56,444 nt of DNA from a virus. Its lineage: Duplodnaviria > Caudoviricetes. A program made the translations under genes and the position numbers. The notes under the pieces were generated by a model that saw only the letters and a program-made list of their open reading frames with translations, ran no database searches and was not told the origin of the DNA. Of this stretch, positions 16,180 to 40,300 are shown piece after piece; the first letter of the stretch is position 1; each line of letters begins with the position of its first letter. The stretch spans positions 1 through 56,444 of the IMG/VR virus record IMGVR_UViG_3300042319_001750, one strand, 5' to 3'.

Positions 16180-16852
16180 ATCGCAGGAGCGCCAGCACTT
16201 TGACGTGCTTGGAATATTTACCGCAGGGCATTGGGAATACATTTCGCGTCATGTGCCCATACCCAGCCTCAGCTATCAGCGCCGCCAGCCCTTCCTCACT
16301 GTGAACCGTGGTGTTATTGTCGGCGTGCTCATAGAGAAACTTGTTTTGGGCCGCCTTCTCCTCCGGCGTATTAGCCAGCTTTTCTTTAGCTAAGGCAAAT
16401 TCAGTTTCACTTACATTGACCGTCATCAATACTTTTGTGTCTGCTGAAATAACTGTCTTGAGGTTGGTTAGGAACAGCTTTAGCTGCGAGGCGCTGCAGT
16501 GAATGAACAGGTCGCTGGCCAAGACGTGAGTGAATCCCCCTTTAAGTGGAGTGAAATCAAACACAGGTGTGTAGAGGAACACAGGGTTCTTTTCTGCTAC
16601 GAGGCCCTGAGCCAGTTCATGGACGACCCCCGCATGCAGGACGCTGACACAAGGCTCCACACCCGTGTAACAGTTCTTGTTCAGGAGGTCAATAAGAGGT
16701 GCCCCAATTCGGAGGCACCCACACCCCACGTCTAAAACTCTGGACGCAGGATTCATCCCGCAGCTACGGAGGGTGTGGATTAAAAAGTCTCGGCCCTTTT
16801 CCCAAGCCCCCGTTGGGCAAATGTGTTGTCTGTGATTTAGCGTCTCGCTCAT
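16178..16852 (-). CDS. class I SAM-dependent methyltransferase
   Basis: VLDVGCGCLRIG, YTGVE and SDLFIH motifs. Confidence 0.8.
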   Translation of the reverse strand: MSETLNHRQHICPTGAWEKGRDFLIHTLRSCGMNPASRVLDVGCGCLRIGAPLIDLLNKNCYTGVEPCVSVLHAGVVHELAQGLVAEKNPVFLYTPVFDFTPLKGGFTHVLASDLFIHCSASQLKLFLTNLKTVISADTKVLMTVNVSETEFALAKEKLANTPEEKAAQNKFLYEHADNNTTVHSEEGLAALIAEAGYGHMTRNVFPMPCGKYSKHVKVLALLR

Positions 16853-17709
16853 TGTAATGTCAGGTTAAGATACGTCTTGTCTATCAGGGCTTTGTTATCC
16901 TCAGCCATGCGATACCAGTCGCCCGCAAAATGCACCATCCCCAATCCCTCGTCTAATGAAAATACTTTTGGGCTCACTCGATGTGGGAAGGCGGCTTGCT
17001 CGATAGCCCCCCAGTCAAAGACCCCCGAGGACCCGCACTTCTCCGCAGCGCAGCGAGCCATGAGAATAACCGTCTCGTCGCAGGCTGTGATGTAGGCCAA
17101 CGCCACCAAGGCAGGCCACATAGGACTCTCAATGAGAGACCGGGTGAAGATAATGAACCCTCCGTAAACCCACTGCCTCTCTGGTTCTGCCAGCCATGAC
17201 TTGAACTCCTCCAAAGTTATCCCGAGCAAGGCTTTCATCATTGCGGACAGCCGCCCTCGTTGCTCTTTGATCCGCCAATCCTTGAACCCTTGGTCAAACA
17301 TAGACGACCTTCTCGTCAAGAGCTCCAGAACATTGACGTTGTATTGGTAGCTAGCTATCTGGTTACTCCCAATCAGGGCCCTCACAGTCCCCATAAAATC
17401 ACAGGGCTCGGTGAGCGCCGTGTCTGAGTCCAGTTGTAGCAGAGTGGTCATCGCAGGATATTTTTGGAATGCCTCCCCCACGAGTATGAACTTACGCATC
17501 GCCATCTCTTGGTGTCCCCAAACAGTTGTGGGCAGCTTCATCCGGTTTACCAGCACGTCGAAGGCTTGGTCGCTCGCGTGATGCACATGCGTGGTGAGTA
17601 GAATGTCCTCCCGCAAAACCCCTCCATTTCGCATCAGGGATGCCGCACAGATGACTGCGTAGTTGAGGAACCGCGCTTGGCCTGCGGCGAGCAAATGTAT
17701 CTTGGTCAT
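16849..17709 (-). CDS. GT-A fold glycosyltransferase-like protein
   Basis: LQLDSDT (DxD), YGGFIIF, MVHFAG. Confidence 0.6.
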   Translation of the reverse strand: MTKIHLLAAGQARFLNYAVICAASLMRNGGVLREDILLTTHVHHASDQAFDVLVNRMKLPTTVWGHQEMAMRKFILVGEAFQKYPAMTTLLQLDSDTALTEPCDFMGTVRALIGSNQIASYQYNVNVLELLTRRSSMFDQGFKDWRIKEQRGRLSAMMKALLGITLEEFKSWLAEPERQWVYGGFIIFTRSLIESPMWPALVALAYITACDETVILMARCAAEKCGSSGVFDWGAIEQAAFPHRVSPKVFSLDEGLGMVHFAGDWYRMAEDNKALIDKTYLNLTLQ

Positions 17710-17754
17710 GTCGCGGGGACGTTATCTAGCCCGCTCCACACAGCAACCCTATCC

Positions 17755-17783
17755 TTGACGCCCCGCAGCCCTGACGCGAAACT
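17755..17783 (+). promoter_or_regulatory. sigma70-like promoter, leaderless
   Basis: TTGACG-17-GAAACT-5-ATG. Confidence 0.45.
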
Positions 17784-17788
17784 ACCCC

Positions 17789-18280
17789 ATGCTTATCCCC
17801 GAGAAAACCAAGGACATTATCAAGAACCTCTTTGAGTCAGGCCAGTCTTTCCCAGACATCGCCGAGGCCACAGGCATCCCCATCAACGAGGTCAAGGCGC
17901 TCAAAGCTAAAGGTAAGTGGGGCCGTCAACCGAAGAAGCAGCTTGCGATGGCTGAGGCTCAGCTGGTCAACGATGAGGCCGATGCCGCCGACATTCTGGC
18001 TGCCGCTGAGGAGGCGCTCCACACCAACCCCGGCAAGCGACACTCCGACATGGTGTTCAAAAAAGTCCATGCTGCGCTGACGGGGCTGAAGTCGCTCCCG
18101 CCCCTCAAAAACTGGAAGGACATCGAGATGGCAGACAAGATTGCACGCCGCGCCGCAGGTCTTGACCGTGAAGGTTCCGGCGGTGGGACGGTCATCAACC
18201 TCGGTATCATTGCTGGGGGATACAAGCCAAGGCTCGCACCTGCAAAGAAAGTGGTTGATCTGCAAGTCGTCGAAGGGTAA
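17789..18280 (+). CDS. HTH protein, terminase small subunit-like
   Basis: N-terminal HTH (SFPDIAEATGIPINEV), helical middle, C-terminal TVINL strand. Confidence 0.5.
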   Translation: MLIPEKTKDIIKNLFESGQSFPDIAEATGIPINEVKALKAKGKWGRQPKKQLAMAEAQLVNDEADAADILAAAEEALHTNPGKRHSDMVFKKVHAALTGLKSLPPLKNWKDIEMADKIARRAAGLDREGSGGGTVINLGIIAGGYKPRLAPAKKVVDLQVVEG

Positions 18281-18351
18281 CTCGACCAATCAGTAACAAC
18301 CCACGCCGCCATTTTTCTGAGCGGTAGCTACCGACTAAAACCCGACCCCAC

Positions 18352-18843
18352 ATGAACCCTCCGACCTCCAACTTTGACGCGATCATCAACTCCCCTTATG
18401 AGGTGTTTGTCTCACAGCTTCACACTCGTTACTGGTCCGCTTCCGAGATCGCTGAAATTCGCGTGGGACTTCAGCAGCGCGTTGAACTGATTACCGACCA
18501 GCTCACCAGTGTTGATAACATTGACCGAGGCACTGCATGGCGCACGTCAACCGAGACCGCCCGGAAGTATTTCATCAAGAAGCTGTCGGTGGTCAACCAA
18601 AGGGCACAACCAGAGCCCGCCCCAAAGAAACCTGCCGGAGGCAATGGGTTCTTGGTGACCTTCCTGATTGACGGTGACCACAGTGTGGTCGCTACCAAGC
18701 AAAACCCCTCAGAACTGTGGGCCGATATGATCGCCGACGCGGAGTCCAAGGACGGCAAGCCCCCAGCCTTGGTTGCTTTTTTGAACCTATCCGAAGAGGC
18801 AGCCAAGAAGCTACCCGAATCGGTGTGGGTTGACGACCTCTAG
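18352..18843 (+). CDS. hypothetical protein
   Basis: ORF. Confidence 0.65.
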   Translation: MNPPTSNFDAIINSPYEVFVSQLHTRYWSASEIAEIRVGLQQRVELITDQLTSVDNIDRGTAWRTSTETARKYFIKKLSVVNQRAQPEPAPKKPAGGNGFLVTFLIDGDHSVVATKQNPSELWADMIADAESKDGKPPALVAFLNLSEEAAKKLPESVWVDDL

Positions 18844-19423
18844 CCTCGCTCCTTGGTGACCCAGCACCACTCTGGGTAATCCGTCGAGTCCTCCTCATAG
18901 GCATCGACTGGGAGTTGGACCTTCAAGTTGAGGCGGCACCCACACTGCGAACAGTTGTGGAGCCGGTCAGCCATCTCTGGCTTCCGGGCTTCGGGCAAGA
19001 TTCCGTCCATCGCGGCTACTTCACTGAGTCGCTTATCACATGACGAGCACCCTCCGGCCCTGACGTTGCGCGGGCAGGTAGCGCAGATCGAGGCTCGATG
19101 GTTGACGATCAGCATGGGGGCGAGATTCGCTCCCCCAAGAATCCAGTTCTTGGCTGTGGTGAAGAATCGGCCAAGCGTCTCAAACGTCACACCAATGGTT
19201 GGGGTCGCTGTTGTGCTCTCACAGTATGGCGGCTTCAGCCCCATCTGCTCACAGACGGCGCTCTCGATCGCTTCATCCGACATAGGGTCCCTCCCGTTGG
19301 AAGAGAGGAATCCACGGACGGCCCCTATTAGTTTCTGAGCGGAGAAGTTGGTGATGTAGCTCCCCGTCACCGGGTCGCGCCAGCGCCATTTTCCATTGGG
19401 GGTTTGGGCGTTGTGATTGATCT

Positions 19424-19427
<4 letters not shown>
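18840..19427 (-). CDS. Cys-rich zinc-binding protein
   Basis: CATC, CSSC and CSQCGC motifs; ATGA-coupled to the giant gene. Confidence 0.7.
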
Positions 19428-33037
<13,610 letters not shown>

Positions 33038-33045
33038 ATTACGCC

Positions 33046-33074
33046 AACATGCCTAACGCTCGGCCTTTCGTCAA
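33046..33074 (-). promoter_or_regulatory. sigma70-like promoter of the giant gene
   Basis: TTGACG-17-CATGTT-8-ATG. Confidence 0.5.
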
Positions 33075-33084
33075 GAAGGCTTCG

Positions 33085-34104
33085 TCACGGACCTTTATTG
33101 TCTCCCTTACTCGGCGCGGGAGCTCCTCCAGCCGCGGGAGGCGTAATATACCTCGAACCTGCGTCAGGACTTCCGTCATCCCCAGCAGCCCCAGATTTCT
33201 GAAGGAGCGCCTTCAGTTCTCCAAGGAGAACTTTTTGTTTATCGCGGTCGATCTCATTCTCCATCTCAGACTGGAGCACCCGGATACGAGCTGAGAGAAT
33301 TTGATTGGAGGATACGCGCTGCTTGAGCAGCCCGATCTTTGATTTGGCGAGATCGCCAAATTTACCATCCTTCTCCCGCAGCTTCTCGACTTGGTCAGGA
33401 GCCATGCCGGAGTCGATGAGGTCCTTCTTGATGGCCCGTTGATTACGGTCGCGGGTCATCTTTTCCGTCAAGGTTGCCAGCATGGAGGGAACTTCAGTCG
33501 GTTTCGACTTCTGAGATTCACGAATCTTGTTAAGCTCGGCGGTGTAGGCAGGCATGAAGTCATCATCCTGTAAATCTTCAGCGTATTTCTGGGCCAATTT
33601 CTCAGCGCCTTCCAGACTGCCGCGGGAGTCGAGGCGCTCTTCGCGTGAGACTTCACGGGCGGTGTTGCGCTCTTCCTCAGCCAGACGCTCCTTATTGGTG
33701 CGGGCTTCCGCATCCAGACGTTGCTGCTCAGTGCGAGCTCCCCCGGCGATGTCAAGGTATGACCGGACGGATTGTGAGGCAAGGGCGTTAGCGCCCCCGG
33801 GCTCAGCCATGAGCTTGCCGACCTCTTGAAAGTATCCCGGCTTGGTAGGGTCAAGCTGCGTCAGACGAGGCATGACGGCTGCCGTGGCAGCCTCTTCACT
33901 TTTGCGCCGAGCCTCGGCGTCGCGGGCGCGCTGGGCGTCTTCTTCCCGCAGACGGAGGGATTGTTCATCGCTCGCCATGGCCATCGCGTTCTTGCGAACC
34001 TCCGAGGCGGCTTTGTAGAACTCAGGCACGACAACTCCCGCCGCACGCGATGTGAGGTAGGTGGGTTGCGGGGTTGCGGGGTTGAGCCAGTCAGCGAGTG
34101 CCAT
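33085..34104 (-). CDS. putative internal virion protein (coiled-coil)
   Basis: Position and composition. Confidence 0.55.
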   Translation of the reverse strand: MALADWLNPATPQPTYLTSRAAGVVVPEFYKAASEVRKNAMAMASDEQSLRLREEDAQRARDAEARRKSEEAATAAVMPRLTQLDPTKPGYFQEVGKLMAEPGGANALASQSVRSYLDIAGGARTEQQRLDAEARTNKERLAEEERNTAREVSREERLDSRGSLEGAEKLAQKYAEDLQDDDFMPAYTAELNKIRESQKSKPTEVPSMLATLTEKMTRDRNQRAIKKDLIDSGMAPDQVEKLREKDGKFGDLAKSKIGLLKQRVSSNQILSARIRVLQSEMENEIDRDKQKVLLGELKALLQKSGAAGDDGSPDAGSRYITPPAAGGAPAPSKGDNKGP

Positions 34105-34116
34105 AGTAGGGGGAGG

Positions 34117-34983
34117 TTATGCTGTTCGGGAAGGCATCGCACGCCCTTTCGCAAGGAGGCGATCACGCTTCACTTGCGTCTCTTTCTTCTTGTCTGCCAC
34201 GAGTGGGGTAGTGCCGTCAGAAGCCGACTGGACCAGTCGGTTAGCCTCCTCGTCACTGCCCACTTTAATGCGCCCCTCGTTGAGGGCGTTGGCCAGCTTC
34301 AGTCGCGGGGAGAGAGGAGCGGCCTTGGAGGGAGTAGCGGCGGCGGGGGTGGCCCCCACATCGGAGGCCGACTGGACCAGTCGGTTAGCCTCCTCGTCAC
34401 TGCCCACTTTAATGCGCCCCTCGTTGAGGGCGTTGGCCAGCTTCAGTCGGGGGGAGGTGATCTCTGAAGGAGCTTTCTGCCCGGGAGGGACAACAGTTAC
34501 GGCGGGCTTTGAAGTGCCACCAGCGGCGGGAGGGGTAGTGCCAGCGGCGGGAGGGGTCTCTTTCGGCAGGTCAGTAATATTGCCTGCCTCGTCCATGGTC
34601 TTGCCAGAAGACTTGGCGTCAGCGTTATACTTTTGACGAGTGGACTCAAAAGTCCCAGCAGACTTGGCAGCAGCGATTTTCGCTTCACGGGTCTGGCCGG
34701 TGAGGGCTGGCGTCTGAGAGCGCATCTGGTCGGCAAGGGCTTCACGGGAGGCCACACGCCCCTGAGCGAGCGAGGTTGTATCAGCGGCGCTGCCGCCCAT
34801 GCCGTAGGCTTTGCCCTCACTTTCGAGACCAGCGGCAAACTGGAGGGCCTTCTCGTAGTTCTTCTCCTTCTTGGCTTGGCGGAGGCCCTTGCGCATGAGA
34901 GAGGCGCGACCGCGTGAAGAGGCAGACTCGCGAGCGACTTCGCGATCCATTCCAAGAGTAGTGCGGGATGCAGTGATAGCCAT
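34117..34983 (-). CDS. putative internal virion protein with internal repeat
   Basis: Basic and Ala-rich; duplicated SPRLKLANALNEGRIKVGSDEEANRLVQSASD. Confidence 0.55.
   Translation of the reverse strand: MAITASRTTLGMDREVARESASSRGRASLMRKGLRQAKKEKNYEKALQFAAGLESEGKAYGMGGSAADTTSLAQGRVASREALADQMRSQTPALTGQTREAKIAAAKSAGTFESTRQKYNADAKSSGKTMDEAGNITDLPKETPPAAGTTPPAAGGTSKPAVTVVPPGQKAPSEITSPRLKLANALNEGRIKVGSDEEANRLVQSASDVGATPAAATPSKAAPLSPRLKLANALNEGRIKVGSDEEANRLVQSASDGTTPLVADKKKETQVKRDRLLAKGRAMPSRTA
34223..34449. repeat. identical 83-bp direct repeat (34223-34305 and 34367-34449)
   Basis: Direct reading; period 144 bp, in frame. Confidence 0.95.
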
Positions 34984-34985
34984 AA

Positions 34986-35918
34986 TTAGTAGGAGGTGCG
35001 GAGTCCGGGAGACCCGTAGTTGAACGAAGGAATGACGCGAGCCTTGCCGCGGAGGCGGCGAAGTTCGGCATTTAGCAAGGTGTAAGCCTGATCGAAGTGG
35101 GCGACGGAGCTGTCAAGGTCTGACTGGTCCTCAAGGCGGAGGGCAATGAGTCCATGCTTCAGAGCGCCGATATTGTTCGGGATCACCAGATCATCTTCGT
35201 TGACGAGATCGACATGACGGCGGCTGCAGAGGGCAGTGATGGTGCAGTTGGATGGAACAGCTCCGACCTTATAGCGGCGGTAGCTGGGGTCCGTTTCACC
35301 GGGTTCGTAGACACCGAGCTCAGTGGTGCCCGTGCGAAGGGAGCAGTATTTGCTCATCAGGGGCAACGTCAGACTTTCAATGCGGAGCACCGCAGAAGGA
35401 AAGTTATTGTCACCACTGGAGAGAGTGACGCGAAGGCCATCCTGCCCATCAGCGGAGTAGAGTCGTTTACCGGCGGCGTCGTAGCCACGCAGCACAGCCA
35501 CCCCACCAATGCCAGCGTCTCCAGCGGTGACACGAAGGTAGACCGTAGCGGAAGCTGTCAGGTCAGTATGGACGCAGGCATCCTCCATTTCCATAACTGA
35601 CACCATCGTGCGGTCAAACTCATGGGAACCGGGACCAACTTCGTTGAACTCATGTGCCAGCGCGTAGATGCGTCGTGGAGCTTGGTTGGATACCCGCATA
35701 CCCAGCAACGCAGAGGCGCGCCGTGGGAGGGTGATGTAGCCATTCGGGGCGCTGAGATCGGCCTGAAATTCAGCCTTTGCCCACAGCCCACTATCAATGA
35801 ACCGCTGAAGTAGTTGGTTCGTGAGGCGGAGAAATTTCTCGTCCATTGGGTTGCCAGCGTCCACATGCTCATAGAGCAGGTCACGGGCTTTGGCGACGGT
35901 CAAGCGGGCAGAGGACAT
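34986..35918 (-). CDS. putative head-tail adaptor / tail tubular protein
   Basis: Size, position, helical termini around a beta-rich core. Confidence 0.45.
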   Translation of the reverse strand: MSSARLTVAKARDLLYEHVDAGNPMDEKFLRLTNQLLQRFIDSGLWAKAEFQADLSAPNGYITLPRRASALLGMRVSNQAPRRIYALAHEFNEVGPGSHEFDRTMVSVMEMEDACVHTDLTASATVYLRVTAGDAGIGGVAVLRGYDAAGKRLYSADGQDGLRVTLSSGDNNFPSAVLRIESLTLPLMSKYCSLRTGTTELGVYEPGETDPSYRRYKVGAVPSNCTITALCSRRHVDLVNEDDLVIPNNIGALKHGLIALRLEDQSDLDSSVAHFDQAYTLLNAELRRLRGKARVIPSFNYGSPGLRTSY

Positions 35919-35924
35919 GTTGAC

Positions 35925-35953
35925 AAAGTATATGGTTGACAGGCGGGCGTCAA
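35925..35953 (-). promoter_or_regulatory. sigma70-like promoter, leaderless
   Basis: TTGACG-17-TACTTT-6-ATG. Confidence 0.65.
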
Positions 35954-36918
35954 ACTTTTCGATGCGCCATTAGTTCGACGGTCCCTGAAGACTGAGGAAC
36001 GTAGAGGCTATCAATCGGGCGGCTACTGAATATAGTAGTTGTGGGAGCGCGGGACACCCTGACAACTCTTGTGGAGAGGAGTGGGTTGGAATAATAGGTT
36101 GTCCCTCCCGGATAGTCATTCCCCCCTTCGTCAACATAAGGAGGGTAACTAGCTGCGGGACCAAGAATTTCATCTGTCTGCCTTAGTCGGAGGTCAAAGG
36201 CCCCCACGCCCTGACCTTTTTCAAAATCTACGGGGAGGTTGCGACGCTCGCGATCAAAAAGGTAGTCAGGAGAATATCCCCTAACAGCTAGCTGGACCGT
36301 CACGGTGGTGCGTGTGCGATTCTGCGAATACCACCCATACACATAACCGGCATCGCTGTAGTGGTATCCAAGCCCGATACGTTCAGGAAGGTAAAGCGCC
36401 CCGGTAGGAATAAATTCTTTGGCTGGAGGGTTGCGGCTTAAATAGTCAGAGCTCAGTGGGGCGATACGGTATCCGCCGTATTTTGCGGAGAAATATCCGG
36501 GCAAGGTAGCAGAGTTGACCAAGTCATCAGAATGGCGGTAGCGATCTTCGTCGTCATACTCCCCGCTGGTGAGATTCCCCAGCGGAAGGAAAACAAACCA
36601 CCCCGTCTCAAGGGTTTTTACCCCACCCCCGTCGATGATTTGGCCCCCGCCTTCAATGGGGGTCCCTCCCATCGTCTCTGTTGGGATATATGAAGGGTCC
36701 CGCGACTGGAAATGAGTGATGTTAGCCCACAAATAGTTGGTGAACACAACGGGCTCCTTAACCATTTCCCGCCCGGGAACTCTGACAGAAACCATCTGAC
36801 CGGTCTTATTGTCCCACGACTCCACTCCCCGGCCAGTGTTGATGCGGAGACGCGACTTCCATTCCGCGATACGTTCAGCGGCGGCCTCGATGATTTCTCT
36901 GGCTTGGGTTGGGCTCAT
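35950..36918 (-). CDS. putative tail or receptor-associated protein
   Basis: Tyr/Gly-rich, lower GC, follows the tail fibre gene. Confidence 0.5.
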   Translation of the reverse strand: MSPTQAREIIEAAAERIAEWKSRLRINTGRGVESWDNKTGQMVSVRVPGREMVKEPVVFTNYLWANITHFQSRDPSYIPTETMGGTPIEGGGQIIDGGGVKTLETGWFVFLPLGNLTSGEYDDEDRYRHSDDLVNSATLPGYFSAKYGGYRIAPLSSDYLSRNPPAKEFIPTGALYLPERIGLGYHYSDAGYVYGWYSQNRTRTTVTVQLAVRGYSPDYLFDRERRNLPVDFEKGQGVGAFDLRLRQTDEILGPAASYPPYVDEGGNDYPGGTTYYSNPLLSTRVVRVSRAPTTTIFSSRPIDSLYVPQSSGTVELMAHRKV

Positions 36919-37097
36919 AGGGCTTCTCGAACAACGACGATAGGGAACCCGGGATGGGTGACGGTGCCTGCGTCAGCAGAATAGACACCTCCAACTTCCA
37001 GCACCGCTTCGTCAATCATGGTGGAGACAACGCGGAAGATTTCATTGGCCTGAGCTTCTGGCCCGGCCTTGCCGTCAAGGAGTTCGCCAGAGGTCAT
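36915..37097 (-). CDS. hypothetical small protein
   Basis: ATGA-coupled. Confidence 0.55.
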   Translation of the reverse strand: MTSGELLDGKAGPEAQANEIFRVVSTMIDEAVLEVGGVYSADAGTVTHPGFPIVVVREAL

Positions 37098-37312
37098 TTG
37101 AGGAAGAGGAACTGTTCAGTAGAGGTTGACAAGCCACCCACAGACCCTGCACCAAGGACGCGGAACATCCCGAAGGCCGTGTCAATCTGCTGTTCGACCG
37201 TCGTCTTCACCGCCTGAAACTGCATGTCGCCCCCAAGCTCACCGTTCAAAATCTCAAGGAGGGAGGGCTGCTGGGGTTCAGGGGTTGGAGCCTCGTCAGG
37301 ATCGGGGGTCAT
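37094..37312 (-). CDS. hypothetical small protein
   Basis: ATGA-coupled. Confidence 0.55.
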   Translation of the reverse strand: MTPDPDEAPTPEPQQPSLLEILNGELGGDMQFQAVKTTVEQQIDTAFGMFRVLGAGSVGGLSTSTEQFLFLK

Positions 37313-40300
37313 GGTTTGAAGATTGCAACTCGATTACGGTCAGCTACCAACAGGTCTCCGCCCTGCCACGTCAACCCAGCGGCGCTATTCAACGTCGTTT
37401 CTGAGCGTGTCAGAACAGAGTTGGTGGTGAAGTTAGGCTGACCTAATACAGCATGAGGTTGACTGCCGTTAGCTGGAGCCGTGTAAAAGATAAGCACGCG
37501 GCGATTGTTGGTGTCGCTGACGGCAAGTTGACCGACAGCATTCATAGACAGTCCACTTGGGCCATTGCACCAGTCTCGAGTGGCTCCAGTGAAGCTAGTA
37601 GATAGGTCTGTCTGGAACAAGATAATGTCCGGGGGAACCCCGGAAGTAGGGACGGACCCATAACCAAGGACGCGGTTAAAATACGCGTCCGCGATGTAGA
37701 GTTTGCCGTCTACTGGGCTGACACACGCTGCTGAAGGGGCCCTAAACCTCGGGAGAGAGAGTGAGCCCGCGGGTGTATAAGAGGGGCCCGTGGGTAAGAG
37801 GGCAACGCTCAAACTCGTCTGACCTAAGGCGAGGTTGGCGGCGGCATTACTGGCTGCGGGAAAACTGTTCCAAATGAGAACGCGATAATTACCCGGGTCA
37901 GTAGCGATGAGCTTCCCCGCTTGCGACCCAGAAGGAACTACAAAAATGTCAGTGATTCCCTTAAATTTAGTCGGAGAGGCTCCCGGCAAGCCTGAGGTGA
38001 AATTAACCTGCCCAAGCACCATATCTGCGGCTTGATTGTTAGTGGCCGGGTTGTTCCAAATAAGGATGCGGTTACGCACGGTGTCAGACACTAAGAGCTT
38101 CTCACCATACCACGCCACCGCTTTTGGGAGCCGAAGGTTTGATTGCGTAATAGCGACGCTATCCGAATAACTCGTCAAGTTGGGTTGACCGAGGACGAGG
38201 TCAGCCGCCTGACCCGTGGCGAGGGCTGGGTAGCTGTTCCAAATGAGAACACGGTTGGCGACTGTGTCAGCGATAGCAACCCTCCCGCTGGAACTGACGG
38301 CGGGGCGAGAGCCCAATGAGGTGCTGAGCTGAGCTGCGGAAGGAGCACCTACCCAAGTTGTATCGGCTGAACTAGATGTCTGCCCGAGGATCAAAGAAGC
38401 CGAACTGGAAGTTGGGAGGCTGCCGGAATTGTAAGAGAACCCGAGAAGGGGCACCTCGAAAGGATTTTCGTCATGGTCGTTACTCGCGATGTTGAGCTTC
38501 GCTTCGAGTGGTCCAACAGTGGTCCCCGGTGTCAACGTCACGTCAACGAAAGCACTCTGACCCGGCTCAAGCCGGGTGACAACTGTCGTGCTGTCGGCAA
38601 GAACGACGTTGGTGACGAAGAACTTTGCCGCGTCAGTGCCTGTGAGAGTGGCCGCTAAGCCAGTGAGGTCAGCATTTCCGACGTTGCGAACCCAGAATCG
38701 TTTAGTGCGGGAAGTCCCCGTCAACATAGACCCGTAAGTAGAAACGCCGGTGTTGTCGGTCAAGATGCTCCCTAAAGGGCTCTCTACCTGAATCTCATGC
38801 TCCGTGCCACCGGTGCCGGTGAGGTTGATGACGTAAGTCGGCTGGTTAGGGTCACTGCTGGCGACCGTCAACACAGCGGATTTCAAGCCGGATGTAGTCG
38901 GGGTGAACCCAATGGTCAAATTTGCAGTGCCCCCCGAAACTACGGAGGTGACGAACGACCCAACCGAAAACTGCGCTGCGTCGGTGCCGGAGAGTGTTGC
39001 AGCCAACGAGCTTAGTGTTCCAGCGCCGCGGTTGACGACCCCGAAGGTTGCCTGCTTGAGAACCGTTGCGGCGGAAAACCCGAAATAATACGAGGCCCCC
39101 GGAGACAGGTCTGCTCCAGATGGCGCAGTCACGTCAATCAGGCCGACGGCGACACCCGTGGCGCTGAGGGTCAGGAGGTAAGGGTCTTCCGCTCCAGTGG
39201 GGTCATTGTTGTTGATCGACACCGACAGCGTTTTTGCCCCGGCTTCGGTGGGAGTAAAGCTGACACTGAAGGTTCCTGTGGCTCCGGCTGCGATTGGGGC
39301 TTCGGGAGAGCTAAGTAAGTCCCAAGGAGGAGGGCTCGAAGAATCGGAGATACCTACCACAGCAGTCAACGCCCCATTTCCAGTGTTGAGGATACTGAAC
39401 GAGAATGTGCCGACGGACCCAGTGTTGACGTTGCCCAAGGCAACAGTGCTGCCGCCAGAAGGCCGCGACACTCCGGCGTAGAGCACGTCAATTTCAGGCT
39501 GCACGGCCGTCCCAGTCAGCGTCACCAGATACGACGGGATATTGACGGCGTTGGACGTGATCGTCATACTCACACTGATGGCCCCGACCGCAGCCGTAGG
39601 ACGCATTTTAACGAGAACGGTCGCATATCCGCCCGGGGCTACGGATGTAGGTAGCGTCCCAACTACCGAGAAGTAGGACCGGTATCCACCCTCAAATACG
39701 ACGGCGATTCCCGACAGGCTGAGCAGCCCATCGTTGCGGATAATGATTGTCTTGAAGGTGTCCTCAGTTGTTTGGGCTTGGCCAAAGTCGATGACACCCG
39801 TTACAGCGGGCAGCGGCACATCATCAATGGTATTGACGAGTCCGTCAGGACCGGGTGTGGAGAGTGCGATTTCTGCCTGCGGCGGGCACATCACTACAGC
39901 AATGTTTGACTCTCTCACCACCGTGGTAGCGCCAGTCGTCCGAGTCACGGTCAACCTACTATAGTAAGGCACCCCACGCGAAGCCCCTGTGACGGTCTTG
40001 GTTGCTAGCCCGAGGACGCTGAAGTCTTTGAAACCCGGCAGAAAACCAGTTTTGAATGTGGGGTCTGAAGAGACGTCCAATTTCAGAGCTGTCGTGTAGG
40101 CCAAATTTCCCCAGTTGAGTTGGAAAGATGTGGCAAAAGTGGTGCCTACAGTAAGATAAAGCTCAGGAGCTACACCTGCTTGTGAGGGGCAGTTGACGAG
40201 CATAACACGCTTGAGCCACCCGCCTTGGTGAGCTCGAAGGTCTACCTCGGCCACAATGCTCCCGGGCCAGCGAGTGTAGTTCGTGGCTGGGAATTCCTGC

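Noticed and set aside
34223-34449. 83-bp repeat as a DGR template/variable pair
   Set aside because: Copies are identical, with no adenine-specific differences, and no reverse transcriptase is present.
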